Below, piece by piece: positions 1-8,884 of a stretch of 42,647 nt of DNA. The position numbers and the translations under genes are program-made. The notes beneath the pieces were generated by a model. The model saw only the letters and a list, made by a program, of their open reading frames with translations. It had not been told where the DNA came from and searched no databases. Numbering within the stretch: position 1 is the first letter of the stretch; each line of letters starts with the position of its first letter. The stretch lies in sequence record SRR20825006_676. One strand, written 5' to 3'.

Positions 1-47
1 CAAGCGTTTCAAACGGACTCGGTTAGGGTTAATTAAATAACATTAAT

Positions 48-464
48 ATGAGATTCGTAAAAACACTCACCCTACTTGTACTTGTAATTTCTTTATATGG
101 ATGTCTTGATTTGACTTCTAATGGTCCTGAAGTCATTATTGAACACTCAAGCAGATCAAATTACTATATCGCTAATCATACCGACTCAGACCTTAATGTT
201 ACCTTTGCAATAGCATTCCTGAATACGGATAGTACCGTAGCTGTTCTCGCTAATTCAACGACTAAAATCTTTGAAGCTGGAGACATTGGTAGCTCACCTT
301 CGCCTTCATCAGCTTTTGAAAGTCTTGTTTTTTCCGAATTATCCAATAATAACGCATCCCCGCTTTTTACTATTCATCCTATCGTAGATGAGAATTGGGG
401 CATTACTGGAGAAGAAAATGCAACAAGGTTTGAATTAGTTATTACAAATGAAGATATAGATTAA
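48..464 (+). CDS. Hypothetical lipoprotein (138 aa)
   Basis: Basic N-terminus, hydrophobic stretch and lipobox-like SLYG-C; acidic, beta-rich mature part; no family recognised. Confidence 0.75.
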   Translation: MRFVKTLTLLVLVISLYGCLDLTSNGPEVIIEHSSRSNYYIANHTDSDLNVTFAIAFLNTDSTVAVLANSTTKIFEAGDIGSSPSPSSAFESLVFSELSNNNASPLFTIHPIVDENWGITGEENATRFELVITNEDID

Positions 465-530
465 AATTACTTGGATTTATAGTCTCCATTAATCAATCTT
501 TAATACTCAAAAAAATAAATCATTTCTACC

Positions 531-560
531 CGAAGGATTTTAGAATAATAATGGTCTAAC
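531..560 (+). promoter_or_regulatory. Putative ECF-sigma-type promoter upstream of the YHYH gene
   Basis: CGAAGG(ATTT) then a 16-nt spacer then GGTCTAA, ending about 27 nt before the ATG. Spacing matches the CAAG-N16-CGCC motifs at the ECF locus (14391, 15023). Confidence 0.4.
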
Positions 561-586
561 TGGGAAATTAACTTTTAGTTTTCCCT

Positions 587-1558
587 ATGAAGCACTCATT
601 CTATTCCTTACTTCCAACGATAATTGGGTTACTTTTTTTATTAAACTCCTCATGTAAAGATTCTGTAATTACTTCATCTGATGAGTCCATTTTTGTTATC
701 GATGTAGATGAAACACATTTTCTAGCTGCCAACGAAAACACTTCTATTACTAAAGTTTCCTGTACCCTTTCTGACGGTACAGAAACAGAATGCTTCCAAA
801 TAGTTACTAATAGCATCCCAACTGATCATAACATGGGACCGTGGTGTCCTAGCAATATTTCAGATGATGCTAGTGCTGGAGGTATTTGGCTCGAAGATGG
901 TGAAGTATATGATGTGGATGGCGCATTTATTGAAAACATGTCTACATTTTATAACGACTCTAAATGGAAAATGTACGATTCCAATGGCGATGTTTATATC
1001 ACTAAAACTGAACAAGATTGTATAAACGCTGCTAACCCAAATGTTGGTGAAGAATATGCTAACTATTGTGTAGAGTGTAGTTCTTCATACATAGATGATG
1101 TTTCTGTTAGCTATTTAATACCAGTAACACCCGTTATACAAAGTAGTCCTGCTTATTTCGCAACAGGACCTGGCAGTACAATCCCTTCAACTAGAGGAAT
1201 TGCCTTAAATGGTGTAGAGTTTTCAGCGCCGGCTCCTGTTAGTAATATTTTAAGTGCGTACACCCTCGCTCCTTTCGATGATGCTGGCGGGCACATCAAC
1301 GTTCATCAAGGCTATCACTTTCACGCCGCTACAGGTGTTAGTTACTCCGTACCTCAAGATGATGAACATGCAGCTCTTATTGGCTATGCAATGGATGGAG
1401 TCGGTATTTATGAACAACTAAACGAAAATGGAAGTGAACCCGGAGACCTCGATGGGTGCCGAAGTCACGAAGATGCAGAAAGAGGCTACCACTATCACGT
1501 AGATGCTCCTGGAAACAATAATTTTATCAACTGCCTAAGCGGTGCTTACGCTAATTAA
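587..1558 (+). CDS. YHYH domain-containing lipoprotein
   Basis: Lipobox-like NSS-C; motifs GIALNGV, GGH...GYHFHA, IGYAMDGVGIY, DLDGCRSH...GYHYHV typical of the YHYH family; Cys-rich. Confidence 0.85.
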   Translation: MKHSFYSLLPTIIGLLFLLNSSCKDSVITSSDESIFVIDVDETHFLAANENTSITKVSCTLSDGTETECFQIVTNSIPTDHNMGPWCPSNISDDASAGGIWLEDGEVYDVDGAFIENMSTFYNDSKWKMYDSNGDVYITKTEQDCINAANPNVGEEYANYCVECSSSYIDDVSVSYLIPVTPVIQSSPAYFATGPGSTIPSTRGIALNGVEFSAPAPVSNILSAYTLAPFDDAGGHINVHQGYHFHAATGVSYSVPQDDEHAALIGYAMDGVGIYEQLNENGSEPGDLDGCRSHEDAERGYHYHVDAPGNNNFINCLSGAYAN

Positions 1559-1570
1559 TTAGAGGATCTC

Positions 1571-2224
1571 ATGAAATTATCAATCACACTGCTTTTAACA
1601 ACTGTATTATTTCTAGTAGCCTCACCGGCTAAAGCGCATAACCCGGATATTTCTACGATTATGCTAATTGAGAAAGAGCCTGGACAGTGGCTCATCCAAT
1701 TGGATGCGTCTTTATCAGCCCTCGATCAAGAAATTGGTTATGTATATGGTGAGAATGCTTATTCCACTCCTGAAGAGTTCAAACAACTCGTAATAAATCA
1801 TTTCAGAAAGCAATTATCCATTAGTATTAATAAAAACGATATTCAATTCGGTGAGTCTTTCTTACAACTCGGACATGCATCGACGCTCGTCTTTGATTTG
1901 ATTGACGTACCCCAAGATTTGACAGATATTATAATTGAGAATAAAGCTTTTAAAAGCATTCATCATAGCAAAAGTGTATTCAGCATAGTTAAAAACGGCA
2001 TTACTAAAAAACAGTTTACTCTTAACAATGAGAACGATTATAAGATTAAGCTGACATTATCGGATAATCAAATTCTACTATCTGAGACCACTAGTGATGA
2101 TTCTTGGGTACAGCTCTTTATCTGGGCATTGATAACTGGCTTTTCAGGCTTATTGATAGTAAAAAGCGGGGTTTTAAAAAGGATATTCTCTCCAACTTCC
2201 GCTTATCAAGAAACCATTTCTTGA
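1571..2224 (+). CDS. Secreted protein with mature N-terminal His and C-terminal membrane anchor (resembles N-terminal domains of HupE/UreJ-associated proteins)
   Basis: Signal peptide ending AKA|H; C-terminal TM helix (WVQLFIWALITGFSGLLIV) followed by basic residues; starts 12 nt after the YHYH stop. Confidence 0.7.
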   Translation: MKLSITLLLTTVLFLVASPAKAHNPDISTIMLIEKEPGQWLIQLDASLSALDQEIGYVYGENAYSTPEEFKQLVINHFRKQLSISINKNDIQFGESFLQLGHASTLVFDLIDVPQDLTDIIIENKAFKSIHHSKSVFSIVKNGITKKQFTLNNENDYKIKLTLSDNQILLSETTSDDSWVQLFIWALITGFSGLLIVKSGVLKRIFSPTSAYQETIS

Positions 2225-2265
2225 GGTTACCCTATGAACTATCCACTCACAAGTAACCTGAAATA

Positions 2266-2289
2266 ATAAATGAATGTTTATTCATTTAT
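2266..2289. promoter_or_regulatory. Perfect inverted repeat, candidate transcription-factor operator
   Basis: ATAAATGAAT-gttt-ATTCATTTAT (10-bp arms), ending 44 nt upstream of the EF-hand gene. Confidence 0.45.
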
Positions 2290-2333
2290 AACAAAAAAAT
2301 TAAACCACCTATAACCAATTAATATTTAGCGAT

Positions 2334-2627
2334 ATGAATAAAACAATAAGAGTACTCCTTTTTGGAGCAATAGCAGGAACAATGATCTCATGTGCATCAC
2401 AAAAAGATCAATCAAATAATGACCAAAGACAGGGAGGCCCACCGAGTTTTGCTCAGCTTTTATCTGAAATGGATGCAAACAAAGACGGAATGTTATCTAA
2501 GAGTGAAGTGACGGGCCCTCTTGCTAATGATTTTTCAAAATTTGATAGTGATAATGACGGCCTCATTACTAAATCAGAATTTGAGAGTGCTGCAAAAGCC
2601 CCAAGAGGTGGACGTGGCCCACGATAG
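2334..2627 (+). CDS. EF-hand domain lipoprotein
   Basis: Lipobox MIS-C; two canonical 12-residue EF-hand loops, DANKDGMLSKSE and DSDNDGLITKSE. Confidence 0.85.
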   Translation: MNKTIRVLLFGAIAGTMISCASQKDQSNNDQRQGGPPSFAQLLSEMDANKDGMLSKSEVTGPLANDFSKFDSDNDGLITKSEFESAAKAPRGGRGPR

Positions 2628-2682
2628 TCTTAATTAAGATTACTTTCCTATTAACTACTAGCCTTTAGTTAATTATATCTAT

Positions 2683-2724
2683 ATGCCGAGATTCTCTTAC
2701 TTAGAGAGTTTCGGCATTTTTTAT
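2683..2724 (+). terminator. Rho-independent terminator
   Basis: ATGCCGAGATTCTCT/AGAGAGTTTCGGCAT stem (with G-U pairs) followed by a T-run, downstream of the EF-hand gene. Confidence 0.8.
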
Positions 2725-2916
2725 TTGAGTAATAAATGGAGAATCCTTCACTCGATTCATGCTTTTCATAAACGGTTACGACTTAAACCCACAAATATTA
2801 AGCCTCAAATTTATACTAACCCCAAAATTCCTTTACTTCGATAATATTCACTACGTTCAGAATAATGAGTCAATTGATTGTATTATAAGCAGACCATTTT
2901 TTATAAAATTCAGCCA

Positions 2917-3315
2917 ATGAAAATCAATACTAAACCTAAGGGCATTGCATTATTATTAATTGTTGGATTAATTAGAGCAGTGCTACTTCCTGATTTTGGA
3001 TACGGCGCATTTAGCTTTTTAATTATTCCATTCATTTTTCCTTTACTGTTAGTTTGGCTATCTGCCGTACTGGTTTTTAAGAAAATATTAACAAGATTTG
3101 AAGCAGTTCTTTGGGGGTTTGCCTCAATCGTTCTTTCGGATATAATTGGATTAATATTTTATGGCTCAACCGCTGGGTGGTGGTATGTTACTCAGGACTC
3201 TGAAAGTCAGAGCATTTTTATACTAGTCTTCCTCGTACAATCCTTAATCTACTTGGTTGGCTTTTCCATTTTCATTATTGTGTTAAAGTACAACGCTAGA
3301 AATTCTAGTAACTAA
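2917..3315 (+). CDS. Hypothetical integral membrane protein (about 4 TM)
   Basis: Four hydrophobic segments; ATG at 2917 preferred over the upstream TTG at 2878. Confidence 0.7.
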   Translation: MKINTKPKGIALLLIVGLIRAVLLPDFGYGAFSFLIIPFIFPLLLVWLSAVLVFKKILTRFEAVLWGFASIVLSDIIGLIFYGSTAGWWYVTQDSESQSIFILVFLVQSLIYLVGFSIFIIVLKYNARNSSN

Positions 3316-3425
3316 GCAGGCATAAGTTCATTTCTTAATAAAGGGTTTGTTATAACTTCAATTATTCGTTAATTCAATGAAATTATCTTTTTTTAAATTT
3401 AACGATTACAGAACAGAATTTATAA

Positions 3426-4121
3426 ATGGCACTCAAAAAATGTAAAGAATGTGGTCAGAAAGTAAGTTCAAAAGCCAAAACATGCCCAAATTGTGGAGTT
3501 ACAGACCCTACAACAACAGCATCCGATAAAGCGCTTGGTTGCTTATTCGTCATTATAATTTTATTAGGTACGTTTAGTTGGTTAATTTCTGAGAATGATG
3601 ATATAAACTCAAATGCTGACGGGTTTTCGACTTTAAGTTTAAATGTCAGACAGGGCCCTTCGACAAAGTATGAGGTTGTAACATCTCTTCGAAAAGGTGA
3701 GCAGGTTCGATTCCTTAAGGATTCCTTGGGTTGGAAGTTGATTGAATTAATTGAACGGGATGATAACCCTACGGGATGGGCGTCCTCAAAGTATTTATCT
3801 GAGATATCCAAATTCTCATCTTTTCATGATGAAATATCAAGTCCTGATGTATATCAGTTACCACCAACCAGGGAAGAAATAATTGAAAGCCAATTCAGTG
3901 CTTGGGACGGCTCTCATCGAAACTTAGAAAAATATATTAAAAAGAATATGAATGATCCTGATAGTTATGAACATGTTCAAACTGTTTATTGGGATCAAGG
4001 TGATTATCTAGTTGTAAAAACTACATTCCGTGGTAATAATGCCTTTGGGGGTAAAGTTAAAAACGATATAAAAGCCAAAATAACTATCGATGGTGTAATA
4101 CTCGAAATAGTAAGCCCTTAA
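3426..4121 (+). CDS. Zinc-ribbon / TM / SH3b domain protein
   Basis: N-terminal CKECG...CPNCG; one TM helix; SH3b signature LNVRQGPSTKYEVV...GWASSKYL; C-terminal domain with MNDPDSYEH...FRGNNAFGG. Confidence 0.8.
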   Translation: MALKKCKECGQKVSSKAKTCPNCGVTDPTTTASDKALGCLFVIIILLGTFSWLISENDDINSNADGFSTLSLNVRQGPSTKYEVVTSLRKGEQVRFLKDSLGWKLIELIERDDNPTGWASSKYLSEISKFSSFHDEISSPDVYQLPPTREEIIESQFSAWDGSHRNLEKYIKKNMNDPDSYEHVQTVYWDQGDYLVVKTTFRGNNAFGGKVKNDIKAKITIDGVILEIVSP

Positions 4122-4159
4122 CCTCTTTCCCAAGCTCCTGATTGGAAAACGAAACCTAA
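4118..4159 (+). repeat. REP-like palindromic repeat, copy 1 (degenerate)
   Basis: TTAACCTCTTTCCCAAGCTCCTG is identical (23 nt) to 4895-4917 and overlaps the TAA stop of the preceding gene; similarity continues about 20 nt further. Confidence 0.8.
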
Positions 4160-4202
4160 TACAGATTAAACGCAGAGAAATTGCATAACACACCCGTTTT
4201 GA

Positions 4203-4898
4203 ATGGCGAAGACATCAAAATTTAAATCATCCCTTTTCTTTATTGTCTTTTTATACGGATGTATGTCCCCAGTGAATTCAAATGGTCAGGAATCCACCTC
4301 ATTTTTTAGTGGATTCGGTTTTGAAATAGGCGGTGGGTATAATCAACTTTTTTGGAGTGCTACAAATGCCGATGGGAGCACAACAAGCTTTAACCGAACA
4401 GCATTCTCATTTATGCCTAGTGCACGAATACACTATCAGTTTAGCATTTTTAAGAAAACAACCCTCTATACCTTTACTGGCTACAATGAATTTGGTGGAC
4501 ATAGTAAGCTTGAACAATCAACTGTGATATTAATTGAAGATGTTCGTTATCAAGATCAGCTTAAGTTTAGAAATTTAGAAGCTGGGCTTATTGGACTTTA
4601 CAATATATCAGACTTACGTTTCGGTATAGGCGCAAAAGGCAATTACCGTATTGGACTTGAGCACAGATATTACTACGAAAATCACCCCCAGCGATTGGAT
4701 GGTTGGAGGTCAGACGATGTTTCTTATTATTTTAATAATTTGTCTGTAGATGTAGGTATTCGACTTGAATACCCGATATTTCGGAATATTTTATTGGCAT
4801 CTGAAGGGTGGTTTGGAATTACAGATCTAAGTAAAGAAGAACACAATATGTTTGTAAGAGAAAACCATTTTAGACTAATGGTTGGATATCAGTTTTAA
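4203..4898 (+). CDS. Outer-membrane beta-barrel protein (small, PorT/OmpA-like barrel)
   Basis: Signal peptide, alternating aromatic/Gly beta-strands (FGFEIGGGYNQL), C-terminal FRLMVGYQF ending in Phe. Confidence 0.75.
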   Translation: MAKTSKFKSSLFFIVFLYGCMSPVNSNGQESTSFFSGFGFEIGGGYNQLFWSATNADGSTTSFNRTAFSFMPSARIHYQFSIFKKTTLYTFTGYNEFGGHSKLEQSTVILIEDVRYQDQLKFRNLEAGLIGLYNISDLRFGIGAKGNYRIGLEHRYYYENHPQRLDGWRSDDVSYYFNNLSVDVGIRLEYPIFRNILLASEGWFGITDLSKEEHNMFVRENHFRLMVGYQF

Positions 4899-4965
4899 CC
4901 TCTTTCCCAAGCTCCTGCTTGGGAAAATCAAATCTAGCGCAAGCATCTCGCTTGGGCGGCTTAAA
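4895..4965 (+). repeat. REP-like palindromic repeat, copy 2 (intact hairpin plus second hairpin)
   Basis: TTTCCCAAGC-tcct-GCTTGGGAAA perfect hairpin followed by CAAGC-atctc-GCTTG; overlaps the TAA stop of the barrel gene. Confidence 0.8.
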
Positions 4966-5058
4966 CTTATTTCTCTCCCCCCAATTCTTCCTCGTACTCA
5001 GTTCTGTATTTTTGCTACATTAACAGCTCTTTGCTTGTACTAACTTCACTTGTTAACT

Positions 5059-6798
5059 ATGAAATTCACTTTTCCTGTTTTATTGCTACTTGTTTTGAGC
5101 CTTTTGTATGGCTGTTCAAATTCAACAGCGCAATCTGTTCATCATCCTACTGTAGCACCTTATTATAATTTGGTTGATGCTGAGTTTAACGCCCAAAAAG
5201 CATTCGAAACTGTTGCTTATGTAGAGCAGTATTTCCGAGTAGTTGGGAATGAAGGCTTTGATAACAGCGTATATTTTGTGGAAAATCTCTTAAAAGAAGA
5301 AGGATTTGTAGAAGAATCGTCAGCTTCAACTACCGACAGACTTGTCTACCGCATTGAACACCGTCCGCTTAGTAAACCAACATGGCAACCTGTAAGTGGG
5401 TCGTTGAAATTGGCATCAGGCGAGGAGCTTCTCAATTTCGAGACCAACCGAAATATGATGGCTATAAATTCGTACTCCACCCAAGGCGAAAAAGAATACG
5501 AAGTTGTTCATGTAACAGGAAGCGGAAGATCTCTCAATTTTGATAGTGATGTAAACGGGAAAGTTGTTTTTGCAGAAACCTCAGTGAGCTATTTATTCTC
5601 TGAGGCCGTTTTGAAACGTGGAGCTGCGGGTGTTTTAGCATATAGAATGCCATCCTACACCAAGCCAGAAGTAAACCAAACTTCCATTCAGTTTTCAAGA
5701 ATTTCATTAGATGAAAAGAAACAAAGCTGGGGCGTGTTGCTATCGTACGCAGCCAAAGAAAAGCTAACCAGCGCACTAGCTTCTGGTAACAAACGCATCA
5801 AAATTAACCTCAATACAGAAATTTTCGAATCCGAAGAATTAACAATCGTTGCAGAGCTAAAAGGGAGCAAATACTCCGAAGATCGTTTTGTATTTAGTGC
5901 CCACATCCAAGAACCTGGTGCAAACGATAATGCCTCTGGCGTTGGCGCTCTTGCCGAAGTTGCGAGTACTAGCGCTCGCCTTTTTAAGGCAGGAAAAATC
6001 AACCCAGAACGAACGATTACTTATTTATTTGGTGATGAAATTGTATCGACCAATCGTTTTATAAAAGAAGATGAAGAGCGAGCCAAAACCATAAAATGGG
6101 GCGTTAGTTTAGATATGGTTGGCGAAGATACCGATAAAACAGGCGGTACTTTTTTGATTGAGAAAATGCCCGATCCTGCCGCTATCTGGACACGAGGAAA
6201 GGAAAAACATTCTGAGTGGGGTGGCGAGCCTTTAACCAAAGAGCAAATGACTCCACATTATTTTAATGACTTTATCTTGAATAGATTTCTAGAACAAAGT
6301 GCTGCAAAAAACTGGACGGTAAACGTTAATCCATTTGAAGGCGGAAGCGACCACACTCCTTTCTTAAGAAGTGATATTCCGGGATTGTTACTTTGGCATT
6401 TCACCGATCAATTCTATCACACCGATAATGATCGATTGGATAAAGTCTCTTCAGCTACACTTAAAAATGTTGGTACTGGCGCTTTAATTAGTGCTTTGGT
6501 TTTAACAGGGAACCAAGAACAAGCTTCCGACCTGGTGATAGAAGAAGTGACCAATGCCGCCATCAATCGGTTACAAGTTGAATTCGAACTCAGCAAAACA
6601 GAGCTTCAGTCTGGTGGTTCTTTTGAAACGGAACAAGATATTCTAGAAACATGGTCGGCATGGTATGTTGGTGCCATCGAGAACTCGAGAGATATTCTTA
6701 GCCAACCTGATTCTGCTTTTGAGGAACGGATTAAAACTTCCATCGAAAAAGTAACTTCCGAGAAAGATCGCCTAATTGAACAGCTGCGGGTGTTGTAG
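5059..6798 (+). CDS. M28 family metallopeptidase lipoprotein (PA-domain type)
   Basis: Lipobox LYG-C; FSAHI, PGANDNASG, GDE, SLDMVG, GSDH and FYHT zinc-ligand motifs; ATG at 5059. Confidence 0.85.
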   Translation: MKFTFPVLLLLVLSLLYGCSNSTAQSVHHPTVAPYYNLVDAEFNAQKAFETVAYVEQYFRVVGNEGFDNSVYFVENLLKEEGFVEESSASTTDRLVYRIEHRPLSKPTWQPVSGSLKLASGEELLNFETNRNMMAINSYSTQGEKEYEVVHVTGSGRSLNFDSDVNGKVVFAETSVSYLFSEAVLKRGAAGVLAYRMPSYTKPEVNQTSIQFSRISLDEKKQSWGVLLSYAAKEKLTSALASGNKRIKINLNTEIFESEELTIVAELKGSKYSEDRFVFSAHIQEPGANDNASGVGALAEVASTSARLFKAGKINPERTITYLFGDEIVSTNRFIKEDEERAKTIKWGVSLDMVGEDTDKTGGTFLIEKMPDPAAIWTRGKEKHSEWGGEPLTKEQMTPHYFNDFILNRFLEQSAAKNWTVNVNPFEGGSDHTPFLRSDIPGLLLWHFTDQFYHTDNDRLDKVSSATLKNVGTGALISALVLTGNQEQASDLVIEEVTNAAINRLQVEFELSKTELQSGGSFETEQDILETWSAWYVGAIENSRDILSQPDSAFEERIKTSIEKVTSEKDRLIEQLRVL

Positions 6799-6840
6799 TT
6801 CAACATTCGGTTAATACATCAAAACTAGAATCCAGAAAAG

Positions 6841-7536
6841 ATGCCCTTTCAAATCCTCAACGCTAGCTTAATCGAGCAAATTTCGAGTTTATTTGCAGAG
6901 ATACCTATGGTATTGGGACTTTCACTAGCCATCGCTATTTCTGCCATTTTGTGCATTTGGGGGAAATATTCACACAAAAACACGGTGGTTTATATTTTTA
7001 AGCCACTTGCCACCACGCTAGTTCTGTTTATTGTTTTAGTGGGAGGAAACCTTTCGAGTTTATATTCTCAACTCATTGCCATAGCGCTAGTTTTTTCTTT
7101 GGCGGGAGATGTATTTTTAATGCTCCCAAAAGATCGCTTTATCGCCGGTCTTGCTAGCTTTTTGGTAGCGCATGTTTTCTTAATCATTGCCTTCTCTCTT
7201 CAACCTTTTGGCTTCAATTGGTGGCTTTTGCTCACTATTGTAATATTGGCCACAGCGATGTTCTTAATACTTTCTCCAAAACTGAACAATCTAAAACTCC
7301 CAGTTGGGGCTTACATTCTGGTAATTGCAGTGATGGTGTGGCTTGGTTGCGAAATTTGGTTAGAAAAGCCAACACTTAGCACTCAACTAGTGGCTTTGGG
7401 TTCTATATTATTTCTTATTTCGGATGGGCTACTGGCTTTAAATAGATTCAAAAAGTCGTTTAAAAGCGCTGATATTTTTATACTGAGTACATATTTCACC
7501 GCTATTTGGTGCTTTTCACTATCTACACTTCCTTAA
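6841..7536 (+). CDS. Lysoplasmalogenase (YhhN family)
   Basis: Multi-TM protein with KP, FSLAGDVFL, GLASFLVAH, YILVI and LFLISD..LA.NRF motifs. Confidence 0.85.
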   Translation: MPFQILNASLIEQISSLFAEIPMVLGLSLAIAISAILCIWGKYSHKNTVVYIFKPLATTLVLFIVLVGGNLSSLYSQLIAIALVFSLAGDVFLMLPKDRFIAGLASFLVAHVFLIIAFSLQPFGFNWWLLLTIVILATAMFLILSPKLNNLKLPVGAYILVIAVMVWLGCEIWLEKPTLSTQLVALGSILFLISDGLLALNRFKKSFKSADIFILSTYFTAIWCFSLSTLP

Positions 7537-7560
7537 TTAGCTAAGTTTGTTCTCGTTTAC

Positions 7561-7977
7561 CTAACTAATTGTAAATGTTTTTGTGCTTTCTAGATTATCC
7601 TGATTTAATAAAAAAGCCTTCAACTGATATTTACCAGGTGCTAATTCAAATTCTTGGTCTATCGAAACCTCAAACTCTACTTTGTTAGATGGGTCAATTA
7701 CAATTTCAGTGATAGCTTGCGAACATAATACTAAATTCATCGAATTGAAGACTTCCTTGCCGTCTTTTTCGATTGTAAAGGCAAACTGACATCCTGTGTT
7801 AAAGATCAAAGTCTTCGCCTCACTAGTGCCGTTTATAACAGAGAACGTAGCTTTCAGTTCTTGAACACTTCCCACTTTATCATCCGAAACTTTCAGAGTG
7901 GCATGTAGAGTTTCCTCAAAAGCAGTGGTACAACCTATATAAAGTAGTGCAACTGAAAGAAATATAATAAATCTCAT
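7561..7977 (-). CDS. BsuPI-related (proteinase inhibitor-like Ig fold) lipoprotein
   Basis: Lipobox YIG-C after MRFIIF (ATG at 7977); LIFNTGCQFAFTI...CSQAI...LAPGKYQL pattern. Confidence 0.7.
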   Translation of the reverse strand: MRFIIFLSVALLYIGCTTAFEETLHATLKVSDDKVGSVQELKATFSVINGTSEAKTLIFNTGCQFAFTIEKDGKEVFNSMNLVLCSQAITEIVIDPSNKVEFEVSIDQEFELAPGKYQLKAFLLNQDNLESTKTFTIS

Positions 7978-8175
7978 TGGCGTTTTTTCCATTGGTTCCC
8001 GATACCTCAAGCTTACTAATATTCGAAATTTAGTCAAAATCTCTTCTTATATTAAATTATATCTTTCGGTTTAAATATATTGAGCTCTTCATACCAAAAA
8101 CGCATTATTTGTGGTTGGTTATCAGCGCCGATGTTCCGATTCAGATTCTATTTCTGTTCACCTACATCAACGTAC

Positions 8176-8877
8176 ATGTCTCAAACTCGCAAGCAGTTCA
8201 AAGTTCCCCCTAAAAGATATCATCCTAAAGGGTTATCCATTCTTTTTGAAGATCAAGATATCATTGTGGTAGACAAAAGCTGTGGTTTACTATCTGTTAG
8301 CACCGATAAAGAAGCAGAGCTAACCGCTCACTTTCTTCTTGGCCAGTATGTTAAAAAGGGAAATAGTAAATCGAAGAATAGAGTATTTATCGTACACCGT
8401 ATAGATAAGCATACTTCTGGTGTTCTCATTTTTGCGAAAACGGAACAAGCAAAACGTTTTCTGCAAGACGAATGGAAGTCTTTTAGCAAAACCTATCACG
8501 CAGTTGTAGCAGGTAAAATGCCCGAACAAGAAGGGCAAATCGTTTCTTACCTTACAGAAAATCGTGCGTTTAGAGTGTATTCAGTGCAAGATGCTAGCCT
8601 GGGGAAATTATCAAAAACGAATTACCAAGTTCTTAAAGAAACCGAAGAGTACAGTTTACTAAAAATAAACCTTCTTACTGGTCGAAAAAACCAGATTCGA
8701 GTTCACCTCGCCGACTTAGACAGACCAATATTAGGAGACAAAGTGTACGGTATTAAATCGAACGACGTGAATAGATTGATGCTTCACTCATCGTCGCTCG
8801 CTTTTATACATCCAATTACTAAGAAAAAGATGACTGTGGAAGCCACCCTTCCAAAAGAATTTAGCAAGTTTGGATAG
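8176..8877 (+). CDS. RluA family pseudouridine synthase
   Basis: IIVVDK..GLLS, catalytic VHRIDKHTSG, TGRKNQIRVH, ILGDKVYG, LMLHS; ATG at 8176 preferred over TTG at 8080. Confidence 0.9.
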   Translation: MSQTRKQFKVPPKRYHPKGLSILFEDQDIIVVDKSCGLLSVSTDKEAELTAHFLLGQYVKKGNSKSKNRVFIVHRIDKHTSGVLIFAKTEQAKRFLQDEWKSFSKTYHAVVAGKMPEQEGQIVSYLTENRAFRVYSVQDASLGKLSKTNYQVLKETEEYSLLKINLLTGRKNQIRVHLADLDRPILGDKVYGIKSNDVNRLMLHSSSLAFIHPITKKKMTVEATLPKEFSKFG

Positions 8878-8884
8878 GCATTAA

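Noticed and set aside
4118-4965. CRISPR array from the 23-nt palindromic repeats
   Set aside because: Only two copies, separated by a whole gene rather than a 30-40 nt spacer; no cas genes.
1-4965. Intact integron cassette array
   Set aside because: No integrase, and the intergenic regions lack paired RYYYAAC/GTTRRRY cores; three of the genes form an ordinary operon with a terminator.
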